64,000 bases of DNA from contig OZ234493.1 of NCBI GenBank assembly GCA_965153455.1, forward strand, positions 24,542,213 to 24,606,212. The letters run 5' to 3'. The position numbers and the translations under genes are program-made. The notes beneath the pieces were generated by a model, which worked only from the letters and a program-made list of their open reading frames with translations, did no database searches and was not told the origin of the DNA. The DNA comes from Sphagnum compactum (Eukaryota). Shown here piece by piece: positions 1-12,324 of the stretch (position 1 is the first letter of the stretch; each line of letters starts with the position of its first letter).

Positions 1-620
1 TGATCCTTGACATGTTTAAAGGCTAGCAGATGGTCTAGGTAATGAAACCCATGTTCAAGTGTTTCCTTTATCACTTCCATTTCTTTTGCAGGTTGTTTTC
101 GTATGTCATCAATGGCAAGGTTTAGTTTTTTTGCATACCCTCGAAGTTATGACAGCTAATGGTTCTTGCCACCACTCATCGGTTTCCCCTTTACATCACA
201 CTCTACAACAAGAATGGCCTGCTTACCAGTATGTTGAGCTACTTCAATCCCCATTTTCTTCATCACCTTATTTAAAGCTCGATGTCTGACCTTTTGTTCA
301 GTGCCTTTGGAATGCACATATGATGAAACCACTTGTGAATCTAGCTTAGAAGACAAATCTCCAGCTGACGTATAGTCAACATCCTTACCTTGTGTTGTCT
401 TCGGGTGCTGACAAAAACTTGGGAATGTTGACATTATTGGAGTAGTATGATTAACATCTAGTTATGTACAAATGGTAGACATTTGCTGCCATGATGAAAC
501 TTGGTTAGGATATGATACAAGTGTTGAACCTAGTATAGATGTGACTGTTGAATTTGCAAACTAAAGATCAGGCATTTGTTGGGATGTAGTTGGGTCCCTA
601 CATTGGATGCAAACTAAACA
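1..620 (-). mobile_element. Degenerate transposon-associated ORF fragment (possibly CACTA TnpA-like)
   Basis: ORF 156..434 continues past a stop as ...LRGYAKKLNP...IRKQPAKEMEVIKE...HGFHYLDH. It is disrupted, has no recognisable host domain, and lies next to CACTA remnants. The family assignment is a guess. Confidence 0.3.
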
Positions 621-928
621 TCAGCATTCCTAATACGACGTACGTGGGTCCCTACATTGGAAAAATTCCTCGCTTTTCTTCCTGCCTGCTGTGAAGAATA
701 TCCGTCCTTGACTTTCCTCAGCTCTGATCTTCGCACAAATTTTCTTCATCCCTGCCTGCCGTGACGAATCTGTCGTGGACTTTCCTGAGCTCGTGCCCTC
801 GCCTTCTTCTTCTTCAGCTACATCTGCCATTGTTCTCACACACGCAAGAAAAATCAACAACCGCAATGGTCATGGTCCAGTTCTCGAATTCTTATCCGAG
901 ACGACACTTCCAGCTAGAAAGGACAGTC

Positions 929-1409
929 ATGGGTATTATCGTTCGATATCTGCTCATGCTCGCCGCGGCGAGCTTTCTGGCCGTTGCCAAGCCAGTACTC
1001 CGGCTTCAAGCTGGAAGACTACAATTTCACCGACATAATCAACGGCGACGTTTGCATCGTCGGGGGCGGCTCGAGTGCCACCTATGCAGCCATCCGCCTA
1101 CGCGACTTCGGCAAGAGTGTTGTTGTAGTGGAACACAAGGACCGCATGGGAGGACATACACAGACTTATACAGATCCCCAGACCGGAGGTACAGTCGACA
1201 CCGGGGTGCTGGTCTTTCATAATTTCGACATCGTCAAGAACTATTTCAAGCGCTTCAACATCCCGCTCGTGACGGTGAACGGTTCCAGCCCTGGCCTGAC
1301 AAACAAATATGTGGACTTGCGCACAGGGAAGGAATTGGCGGGTTACGTGCCGTCGGACCCTACCGCGGCTCTGGTCGGGTACGCTGCACAACTCGCGAAG
1401 TACCCATAG
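929..1409 (+). pseudogene. Truncated, frameshifted paralogue of the fungal-type FAD-dependent oxidoreductase
   Basis: ATG at 929 gives MGIIVRYLLMLAAASFLAVA. Relative to the intact copy, an 11-bp deletion between GTTGCCA direct repeats shifts the frame. ORF 984..1409 has DVCIVGGGSSATYAAIRL...EHKDRMGGHTQTY and aligns to 9034..10449 up to KYP, where homology stops. About 290 bp of upstream sequence (~637-928) is also shared. Confidence 0.9.
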
Positions 1410-2430
1410 TGTAAGCAACAAAATATAAGGGTCTTTGAATAAAAGGACTAACAAGTAGATGATTTTCTAAGGATGATAAATAAAAAATATGGTACATTAT
1501 TTTTTAATTCTTATTCACATGAACTTCAAAACCTAAACTGTTATAATCATATTTTCAAAAAATATTTGCAAATACTTGAATTGAACCTAAAATTTGTGGT
1601 AATTCAAAAAATAAAGTTGAAGTACTTGAAAGTAGGTGAAATATTTTTGCAAGTATTTGGTTTTTTTTTTCAAGCACCTCAATATTGATGTGGTGAACAT
1701 TTTAGTATAAGTATTTTGGTTAATATAATTTGTTTTCATATCTAAAATCATCCCCAACCTTCTGAAAAGTAACATTATTGTTGGGGATACTTTTGGGGTA
1801 TTATTTCAAGTTCAAATGATATGAGACAAATTGTTTTGAAAAGCTAAAGGGAGGCTAGAAATGCCCATGAAAAAACTAAGGATTTCATTTCTTTTGAAAT
1901 GCTAGAGAAAGGTTAAAACTTAGAAGTTTAGAAAATTGTTTTTTTCTTGTTTTCAAGTAGAAAACTTGAGGTAAAAGCATTTACAAAATATTTTACTTAT
2001 AAGCACCCTTTCCAAATCCTAGGTCTTGATCATTCCATTTCCCATAGTTTTGGTTAATGGGCACTACCTATGCTAGAATTCTATGATTTATCAAATCTTT
2101 AAAATTTGATGTTTTTGTAAATCCTAAAATTGAAATAGGTAGTTTACACGAATGAATTTGAAGTTTGCAAATTCTTTAATTGCAATATTTATGTTAGGAT
2201 TCATGTAACCCTTAAAAATACCTATGATGGGGAATGTGCAATATTCAAACATGTTACAAAACACATGTAGTATAATACTTGAACGCACAAGATGATTATA
2301 ATTATTTCTCAAATGTTTTTAATCAAAATTAAATATTAACCGTTTGGCCCTCCATGGGATATAACTAATTACATTGTACATTGTGATCAATTAGAAGATG
2401 TAATCAATAAATATATAATCCATTGAAATT

Positions 2431-5400
2431 CACTACAACAAAACTATCTCCTTTTCACTAGTTAAATTTGACTAACATGACTCTGTAGTCAAATCTGAAA
2501 ATTGCACATGACTAACTATGTCCGTCATGACTAATCACAAATCTAACATAGTTTGTTATGACTTAGTGTGATATGAACTTTAGTCATAATAGATAATGTG
2601 ACTAAACACATGGAACCTCCTGGTGCCTATGTGTACTCGTACTAATAACACCATAATTGACGTTAGTCACATGTTACCACATGTAATGTGACTAATAATA
2701 ACATGAGCTAAATCAGTCATGGTAACTACACGTGTAGACAACAAATATAATATGACTAAAATCAATCAATGGAATTATGCGTGTAATATTAGCATGACTA
2801 AAATGAGTCAGGGGAGATACACATGTAGTAAGGTGATGGTAATATGATTGATATATGTCACATGAGGTACACATGTCTTGTACTTGCTACCACATGTAAT
2901 ATGACTAATAATAACATGTGACGTAAATTAATCACGATAAATTCACATCTAGATTAAAGATCAATAATATGACTAAAAGTAGTCAATGGAGCTATATACT
3001 AAAGTCATATTAGTAGTTAACATGACTAAAATTAGTCCATTGAGATACACGTGTAATAAGAATAGTGGCAATTTGTGACTAATATCTGTCACATAAAGTA
3101 CACATGTTTAATAGTTGTTACCACACATTCAAGAATGTGATTAAAAACAGTCACTTTAATTTCCTACATGGTAAGTAGATGTATATTTTATTAATTTGTG
3201 TAGGTATGGGAACTTTAAGTTTTTTCTCATAATTTTCCAATGCCTTGATGGATCACAGATTTATTTTAATTTTGCATTACAACAAAACATTTCAGCCTAC
3301 AAAACCATGCTTTTGGAATTTAACTAAAATAATTTCCTTATATACATATATATATGTATGTTCTAGCTTTTTCAAATACTTGTAATTGACAATTATTTCT
3401 AAATCAAAATGAAATCTATGTCTGCTTTGAAAATCAATGTAAGTTTTGCATAAATGTTATGCAAGGTTTGAAAATAAATGTACATGAAATGGAGCAAATA
3501 CTAATCATATGCATATGCAACATGCTCATATACACATTTCAAACATCTGGGAATGAATCATCATGCATCATTGGAGTTGTCTGATGCATAATCTTCTAGA
3601 CTATTAGATCCATTCTCTTGGTCCCCTTCACTATCATCAACATTCAAATTTGTAGCATTAACAATAGACCTTCTTACAATAGTAGGTAGTTGATTTGTTT
3701 CTTGTATAGACATCGAAACCTGCAACTCTGAATAATCATCAGCATTATTGACCCTAAACATATCAAACTCAGTAAGGTCGAGTTGAATGTTTTCTGTTAT
3801 TCGTCTCCCACGAGGATCTTTTCGAAAAACTACTTTCCAACCCCTCTTCCTAGAATCACAATTAGAAAAAAAAATTGTTTTACATGTAGTGGAAAGGCAA
3901 AAGACTGGTCTAAGATTGGAATTAATGACCCAAAGTTCACAAGGGTGAAGCCATACTCATTTCATTTTACAGTTGCATCATTTCCACTATAATTGGCTTT
4001 CACCCAATTACATAATAACACCACAGTATTTAGAACCCCATAATTTAACTCTAGGATCTCTTCGACCCACCCAACATACTCCAAATTTACAACAATGGGC
4101 CTTTGATCATTGGGTCCTGAAACACACACCTGTTCAAATGTGGCAACTACGCCACTATCATTTGTGGTTAAATGTTCTTCCGCATTCACCACATGGATGT
4201 GGTTCCCAAATGCATACATTGACTGATATGACCTAGCTTCTAGCATAGGTGACATGGACATGTGTATTGTCTCTTGATCAATCGTGTCCCCTCCTTGGAT
4301 AACTAAGGCAATAAAAGGCCTTAACCATGTTGGAAATGGGGGCAATTCCCAATGGTGATCTGGGAATGCCGTGTTTGAAATTGCCCACTTTGATGTAGGA
4401 ATTCCATCCTTTCAGTCTTTCTTTCTTGTACTTCATTGGCATATTTCTTATCACAACAAATTGTTTATGAGCTCTAGTTTCCCATTTTCCATTTGGAAAT
4501 TAAATTAAATTAAATTAAATAACCATAATGCCTTAGATGCTACCATTGAAATCAAACATATGTAGTAGCTCATATATTTTATTTAATTAATTAAATTTTT
4601 TAAAAAATTTCTTGAAACACAATAACAAACCTCACTTGACAAACAACAAGCTAGATCCACAAGCATTTAGTCCCATAGGAAAAAGGTTGATAGGACTTTC
4701 ACCTACACACACCACTGGGTTTGAAGTTTGAACCCATGACCTTCTTGCAGAAATCCCACTTAGGTCCCAAAGTGGGCTATACCAGTGACCCATCAAAACT
4801 TCAATTTTTTGTTACAACATCAAGAGTAGCCTCCCAAAAAAGGTTTAGCATAATTAAGTTGACCTCTACTTAAAACTGTCAAAGACAAATTAACTATAAC
4901 CATTGAATTTGGTTATTTATAATTAGAAGTTTTATAAATCTCCTACAACAGCCAAAATAATTGGAGTTGAATCCAACATTTTTAAAGACTTGACAATTTG
5001 TACCTGAAATTTGTGTAATCACCATGTACATAAGCTATAAGTTAATTCTTGGATCTTCCAGCATGAAAATTTTCCCCATAAGTTCCAACTTTTTTTAATC
5101 CAAACAACAGTATAACTACAACAACCAAAATAATTTCCAATTTATCTAGCTTTTTCAAAGACTTCACAATTTTGAATCAAATTGCATGTTTCTTGGAAGA
5201 TGAATAAATTAATTACCTATGCCATGGAGACATTAACTCGACATACTATAACACAAAAGAACATGCCATGTCATGAAGGTTTGCAATCATGATTCGTGGC
5301 CGCCCATTTCCTTCAAGCACTTCGTTATTCATGCGGGGCTCTTCTTTGTCATCCCACACCCATCTCCTCGTGGCTATGAAATCTTGTATGTATTAAATGC

Positions 5401-6110
5401 CAAACCACAAAGCCTCTTCTAGCGTATACCCTTTAGCCATGCTTCCTTTTGCCCTTGCCTTATTCTACACAAATCCTTTTAAGGTTTTCAAATACCTTTC
5501 AATAGGTTACATCCAACGCATGTGGACTAGACCACACAACTCCAATTCCTCCACTAGATGAACTAAGAGATGTGTCATGATGTCAAAGAAAGAAGGAAGG
5601 AATTCTTGTTCCAATAGAACTAAGCATATTGCCACTTCTTTCTTCAACTCACCCATAGTTGTTGGGTCCACAATCTTCACACAAAGCTTTTTGAAAACAC
5701 GACACAAACGGATAATTGACATCCAGCATCCCTTTGACATGAAGCCCCAAAGGCATAAAGGCAAGATGTCTTGCATCATGACATGAAAGTCATGTGATTT
5801 CATACCTTTCAAGTCCTTGTCCTTATGGACTCTCTTCTCCAAAGAAGATACATAGTGTGTAAGTGTTTAATGTAGGACACAAAGAAATATCTCTTTCTTT
5901 CAATCTGTCAACACATAAGAGCAACCTGTTTAATCAACCCACCTGCAATAGTTTGAAGCCAAAGCTTTGCCCATATCCCGCATTCCTTTAGGTCTTTTCA
6001 AACAACCGTGGTATCCTTTATGCCAAATATTGTTTTCAGAATATTTTCACATGTATTTTTTTCACAGTGCATCACATCCAAAGTATTCTTGACCAACAAG
6101 TCATGCATAT
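2431..6110 (-). mobile_element. CACTA/EnSpm DNA transposon remnant with TnpD-type transposase pseudogene
   Basis: Terminus CACTACAACAAAA at 2431, followed by many (A)TGACTAA subterminal repeats to ~3160. Minus-strand fragments LDVMHCEKN, GMKSHDFHVMMQDILP, FLPSFFDIMTHLLVHL...RWM*PIERYLKTLKGFV (DUF4218-like) and YVGWVEEILELNYG...LLCNWV (DUF4216-like) contain stops and frameshifts. Confidence 0.9.
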
Positions 6111-9033
6111 GTTATGAATGTGTCAAAACAAAAATTGTCATATTTTCAATGAACGTAGAAGTTTTGCAAAATCAACAATAAAATATGTTGGGTTTCTGTA
6201 CAATTGTTTTATGCACATGGTCATTTTGCACCTTCCAAATTTGTAAACTATGAATTATTTGAAAGTGTTGTAATTTCAACGATTTCTTCTAGTTGCTGCA
6301 AGAACAATGCCTTTTAATTTAAGACCAGGAATTTTCCCCTATTTCAGAAAACTAGGGTGAAAAAGATAAATATGTTGCAAGGTTCTTTTTTGGTAAAAGT
6401 TCACTACAAATAGAATTGTTTGGGGTTTGTCTTGCCACATATTTAGTGTTGGGTTACTATAAATATAGATAGACTATCACAAGGATGTACTTTTCTTCTG
6501 AGAGGTTCTAGGTTTCTGATAAGTTGCCATTGTTCAAATCCATTTAATTGGAATGATGCATGCCTATTCATGATGTTAATTATAGCAATAAATTAAGATA
6601 ATTTTTCAAAACAAAACACAAAATTTGGTAGAATCTGTACACTTTAAAAAATTCTTAGTTATTTATGAAAAATTAAGACAAAAATGTAATGTTTTGAAAA
6701 AATTATATATATTTTTTGTAACATATTGCAAAAGATTTCATCCCAAAAGTCCTTTCTATGAGAAAGTGAAAATGACCACAAAAAAGATTGTAATCCTTGA
6801 GTCTTTCATCACTGTTGGCTCATTTGATTGTGATCACACCCATAGAAAATCATGTTTTAGATGCATAATTATGTTAATTTGGAAAACTACTTTTTAAAAG
6901 CTTCACATAATCATAATTGAAATATTCAAGTTTTAATGCAAATTTTATGCATGATAATTCAAACATCAATATCACAACATTTGAATAATCTGATTTTCAA
7001 AAAATAATTAGATATTAACTTGCGATAAATAAATTAAATGATGAAAGTAATAGAATACATGAAATATGATCACATATGGTTTATTCAATATAGCAAGTAC
7101 ATTCAAAAATTTGTAGCATTGTTAAAAGCCTTAAAATTCAAAAATGTAAACCCTACTTTTTATCTACTTTTATTTTTTGAGCAAGGATCACCAATTAGCC
7201 TATTTTAACATGCTTATGCCCATTATAGTGTGGTAATGTCTTGATTAGTGACAACCAATGCTTATAATTCTAATAATTATTTTAGTGCATGCTTAAAATA
7301 TCGACACCAAACCATAGAAAAACCACATAATATCCACAAAAACCACCAAAAACTCTCAAGACAGTCATAAAAACATCGTAGGAAAACCGTGTAAAAAAAC
7401 AATAGTGATAAATCGCATTCATTGCCATAGTACTTTTTTTTACATTCACTTGGATAGAGTTGCCAAGCCAAGAATCGGTATTGGATGAATGCATCAAGAT
7501 CAATGGTTTTTTAGTTTTTAGTATTTTATTTTTTTCCAAAGATCTATGAGGACATAATCTAGATTTAAAAGGAGGTAATGTTAACCATCCATTAAGTACA
7601 AATTTAACCTTCGTGATTGTAATGTCATAATTTCTATACATATAACTAATTAGTTATTACTTATTTTGCTAGTTATAGTTAGGGATACATATTTTGAATT
7701 AATATTAACCATGTATTAAGTAAAGATTTAATTAGAATTTTATAAATATTAACTAATTAGCTCTTAATTATCTTGCTAGTTCTAGTCAATGGTTCATATT
7801 TAAATAAATTTTTATTTATTGTTATGTGACTAGTTTAATTACTAGTAAGAATAGGTAATCTATATAAAAAACTAAGTTTGAATATATTGTCAAATTCTTA
7901 TTTATAATTTGTAATATATGCATGAGTATTAATTTGTCTTGTTGATTTTAGAATTTGAATCAATACATCAATTATGTGCTTAGTTTGAACATGCATATGA
8001 AATAATGAGATTATTGTGTACATGTCTTTCTAGAAATATATATTTTGTTTATCAACATTTTGAAACCATGATATGCTAACAAAATGGCTTTGAACCAAAT
8101 GACCAAAGACTTTATGGCCAATTGAAAAGGGAGGATGATGGGTAAACTGAGGCCCAAAGTGAGGCCCAGTTTAAGGATAACTTCAATATCCCAATTATAG
8201 TAAGGTGGACCCTGGTTCTAATATCTTCCATTTTCTGCTTGCAGTGGGGACTGGGGGAAGTACTACATGCCTATGAAACTAGCATGAAGGTGATCTGTTG
8301 ATTTTACACCAGCTAAGCTAACCATTCTAACATTTGCAAAGTTTTACTAAGATCCTTGATTAAACAGAATGAAAGGGAGTCAAGAAATCGCTCCTCAAAG
8401 CTAAGGAAGAAATGAATTACTGGTCTTGAGAACAGCAAAACCTTCCAGCTTCTCAGATCATGTGAGCTGAAGGTATCTCGTAATATCTCGTAGCACAAGA
8501 ACTTGATAATCTTGTGAGTATGTGACTATTGCCTGCTTCATTCGGGTTTCAGAATTAGAACCGGGCAAGGTCCAAAAATTCAAAGAACAAGATTGACCTC
8601 ACCAAGCAAATACAGACAGAATGCTCCTCAACAACAAGACACTTGTGAACACTTGTGACATGCATATTGATAATGGGATTTTGATGCATGCTCAAAGTTC
8701 CCTGAGCTCTACTTCTCTGATGAGTTAAGCAAAATGCAGTTTTTCTTCAATATATCCTTTAGCCATCATCCTCAGTTTGGCTCTAACCTCAGTGGCTATT
8801 GAAGTCGGTCGGTCGCAGACGTAGAGAGTATATGACGCAAGTAATGGTTCGGACTTTACAGACGCGACTAGCAGCGGGAATTGACCATGAAACGGACTAC
8901 ATCCGGTTTGCTTGTCGCTTTGTTTATTTGTTCCTTCAACCTCTTCCCGAGATGAATCTACTTCAATATTCTAATGCGTAATCGTTGTAGATCGAACGGC
9001 AGTCCAGCGCATCGGTTCCTATCATAGCCACCT

Positions 9034-10449
9034 TCACGCCACGACCAGCGGCAGCAGCGTTTCTGTAAACTGCCACAGCAGGCTGGAGTCGTGCGTGTGG
9101 AACGCCGCACCGGTGTAATATGTCCTCCTCTGGCCCTGCAGCCCGTACAACTCCTTGTAGAACCCATTCTTGATCGCCTTCGCCGGCACCGTGAGCTCAT
9201 ACGGCGTGTGGCTGGAAAATATCGCGAAATACGGAATGGTCGTCGGCAGCGTGCCCGCCGTCCCCAGCCGAGAGATGGTGCTAATGATATCGGCCTGGAC
9301 TTGAGCGTCCCGGAGCGGGTGGTCGCTGCCGAATAAAACTGCGTGTAGACCGGGAACCGTTGTCGGGCTGATCTGGTAGGCACCCGGGAGCACGGGTAGG
9401 TTATACGGTGTGTCGGCGGCGACGTTCACGATGCTGACGTTATCGGGGATGCCGCTGTGCCGTATGAGGCTGGTGTAGTACGCACTGTTGCGAAACTGTG
9501 CGAAGAGAGAGCTTTCGTTGGAGGAGAGGTCCCAGCCGACGAGATTGTGGAACTTTGGCGGGATGGTCAGGATGATCTTCTTCGCCTGGATGAGCTTGAG
9601 CCCGTCCCGAGTCTTGACGACCACCTTGGCGTATGCTCCCGCGGCGTCGCGGTCCATCGCCACGATATAACTCTTCAACAACACATCCTGCCCGAGCTCC
9701 GCCGTCGCCTTCTCGTATAATTCGCTATTATCCTGCCGTGCAGTCGTCAAGAACCCAATCTGGAGGTCCCTGATGACATCGCTCCCGAAAAGCTTGAACA
9801 CGTACAGGGTCGAGTGCTTGAGGAAATCGCCAAACCCCTGCGCGTATTCAAAGAGTAACTGGACGACCCCTTGGAGGGAGTATTTGGTGACGAAGTCCCC
9901 GAACGGCAAAAGCAGGTCCTCGGGCACAGGGTAGGTGAGGTTGAAACCAGTCTCGAGGTATGGGTACTTCGTGAGTTGTGCAGCGTACCTGACCAGAGCC
10001 TCGGTAGGGTCCGCCGGCACGTAACCCGCCACTTCCTTCCCAGTGCGCAAGTCCAAATAGGACGTCACCACGCTGGGGCTGGAGAAGTTCGCCAACACGA
10101 GCGGGATGTTGAACCGCTTGAAGTAGTTCTTGACGATGTCGAGATTATGAAACTCCACCACCCCGTATTCGACTGGACGTCCGGTCTGGGGATCCGTGTA
10201 TGTCTGTGTATGCCCTCCCATGCGGTCCTTGTGTTCCACCACAACCACACTCTTGCCCAAGTCGAGTAGGCGAATGGCTGCATAGGTGCCGGTCGAGCCG
10301 CCCCCGACGATGCAGACGTCGCGGGTGATTACGTCGGTGAAATTGTAGTCTTCCAGTTTGAAGTCGGAGTACTGGCTTGGCAACGCAGTGGCAACAGCCA
10401 GAAAGCTCGCCGCGGCGAGCATGAGCAGATGTCGAACAATAATCCCCAT
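9034..10449 (-). CDS. Secreted FAD-dependent oxidoreductase of the flavin amine oxidase superfamily (fungal type, beta-cyclopiazonate dehydrogenase CpaO-like)
   Basis: Intact intronless ORF of 471 aa from ATG 10449 (480 aa from 10476). It has a hydrophobic signal peptide, a Rossmann motif DVCIVGGGSTGTYAA, E-x5-GGHTQTY, and a C-terminal GFYKELYGLQGQRRTYYTGAAFHTHDSSLLWQF typical of this ascomycete family. GC content is much higher than the flanks. Confidence 0.92.
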   Translation of the reverse strand: MGIIVRHLLMLAAASFLAVATALPSQYSDFKLEDYNFTDVITRDVCIVGGGSTGTYAAIRLLDLGKSVVVVEHKDRMGGHTQTYTDPQTGRPVEYGVVEFHNLDIVKNYFKRFNIPLVLANFSSPSVVTSYLDLRTGKEVAGYVPADPTEALVRYAAQLTKYPYLETGFNLTYPVPEDLLLPFGDFVTKYSLQGVVQLLFEYAQGFGDFLKHSTLYVFKLFGSDVIRDLQIGFLTTARQDNSELYEKATAELGQDVLLKSYIVAMDRDAAGAYAKVVVKTRDGLKLIQAKKIILTIPPKFHNLVGWDLSSNESSLFAQFRNSAYYTSLIRHSGIPDNVSIVNVAADTPYNLPVLPGAYQISPTTVPGLHAVLFGSDHPLRDAQVQADIISTISRLGTAGTLPTTIPYFAIFSSHTPYELTVPAKAIKNGFYKELYGLQGQRRTYYTGAAFHTHDSSLLWQFTETLLPLVVA

Positions 10450-11034
10450 GCTCCCCTTTCTAGCTGCAAGTGTCATCTCGGAAAATAATTCGGAACTGGA
10501 CCAGCACCTTTGGGGTTGTCGATTTGTATTGCGTGTGTGAGAACGATCGCAGATGTAGCTGAAGAAGAAGAAGAAGAAGATCCGAGCTCAGCAAAGTCGA
10601 TGACAGATTCGTCACGGCAGGCAGGGAGGAAGAAAAAAATTCTGAGGAATTGTGCGAAGGTCATATCTGAGGAAAGTCAAGGACGGATGTTCTTCACGAA
10701 AAACGAGGATTTTTTCCAAGGTAGGGGCCCAAATACGTCTTGCTCAGCACTTTCTACTTTCTTTTCTCTCACTGTTGCTGACTCTTCTGAGAGAGTCAAT
10801 AATCGAGAAAGTTTTGCATTGGCAATGTGCATGCAGCTGAGTGGGGTCAAGTCCATAAGTGGAGATGTGCACGAGATGATTGTGGGCTGTCGTGCCCTGT
10901 TTAAATGGTTCCACCTCCAGTGGGATCACCCAACATGATCTCCCTCTTGCCGCTTGGATAATGCCCGATACGCATTGTGTTGACAACTCTTGCTAATGAT
11001 CTTGTCTTCCTCATTCTTGACTATTTTCCATTCA

Positions 11035-11992
11035 GGCCCCCTTGATACTAGGAGTCAACCCCAATGTTCAACCCAAATCCAGCATTCCTACTGGTGCAAA
11101 AGTTGAAATCAGCCCCAAGGGCTTTACACTAGGAGTCAAGGCTGAAATAGAAAAAAAGTTTTCAATCTGCCCCAAGTACTAATAAATGCTGAACTTTATG
11201 ACCTTGTATTGGCCCCAAGGCTGAAAAAGGATACCATCATTTTTGGGAGGCCAATTTGCGACCCTTGGGGCCAATGTTCCAACTTTTATTAACAAGTTTG
11301 AACCCCATGCCTAATGCACAGGTGTGTGTATTTGATGGTACATTATTACATATTGTAAAGGACCGTCAAATAATAAAAAACCCTTAACGAATACATGTGT
11401 ATGGACATTTAACCCATAAATTTCCATACACATGTATTCTTTAAGGGTTTTTTATTTGTATTTATTCTTATTAATGAAAACTACTATTAGTCTCAGCCTC
11501 ACTTTGCAACTATTCTTGAAGTCTATAGCTAAATTTGGCTATATCAATTTGTGGATAATCGCCAGTTTGGTTAAATCACAAACTAAATCAAACTAAATCA
11601 GTTTGGCTAAATCTGATGTCAGAGCGATGGCAGGGTGCCACTTGGCTGAGGACTAAGCTCTTCTTCAGCCTTGGAGCCTTATGGTTGGAACTCCAAGGCT
11701 CAGTCACTACCACACCTGCGCCTGTCCACACGGGGTCCACATTTTGCCCCCACGGGCTCCACATTTCGCTCCCCTTATTGGGAACGTGACGGTGACGCAG
11801 CCATCGATCCCGGCTATATTTAGCTACTGTCGGTCCGGATTCAAGGGAAGCTACTTTCTTCCTTTACTATATGTAATATCCTGACATCAATGTTCTAGCA
11901 TTTATTAGTAAGTTGGGGCCAATTTGCAACCCTAAAATGCTCGAACTTGGCCCCAAGTTTTTTTGACCCTGATTCCTGGTGTGAAGCGGGCA
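11035..11992. mobile_element. PIF/Harbinger-like non-autonomous element
   Basis: Left end GGCCCCCTTGATACTAGGAGTCA versus reverse complement of the right end (T)GCCCGCTTCACACCAGGAATCA. TCA flanks both ends (11032-11034 and 11993-11995) as a 3-bp TSD. Internal GGCCCCAA/TTGGGGCC repeats. Confidence 0.65.
11614..11889. mobile_element. Short solo LTR-like element nested in the Harbinger-like MITE
   Basis: 276-bp GC-richer block bounded by the perfect inverted termini TGATGTCAG...CTGACATCA (TG...CA). No matching TSD seen. Confidence 0.6.
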
Positions 11993-12324
11993 TCAGTTTA
12001 AAGGCCAGTATACTACTGTTGAGATCTTGGGATGGTGAGGGAAAAAAGACCTGAGGGGCAGAGTAGGTTTGTTACAGTTCACAAGCTCGTTCATTGCTAG
12101 GGTTCTGCACTTGGGGATTGGTAGGTTCTTTGTGAGGAGGAATGGTTTACCAAAGCCTTCCTTGCAAGTTCCTACAGTGCCTACTATCTCAGTGGAATCT
12201 GTAGAGTATTGGACCATGTTTGTGGACTCAGGTTCCTCGATGAGGAACTCATGCCTGTAGTTCCATTTGTTGAGCATATATATGCAAGGTTGTGGAAGAC
12301 TGCAGAAGAAGGTGGATAGGTGAG

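Noticed and set aside
9091-10938. + strand ORFs overlapping the oxidoreductase gene and its leader
   Set aside because: Antisense artefacts of a GC-rich gene and (GAA)n repeats.
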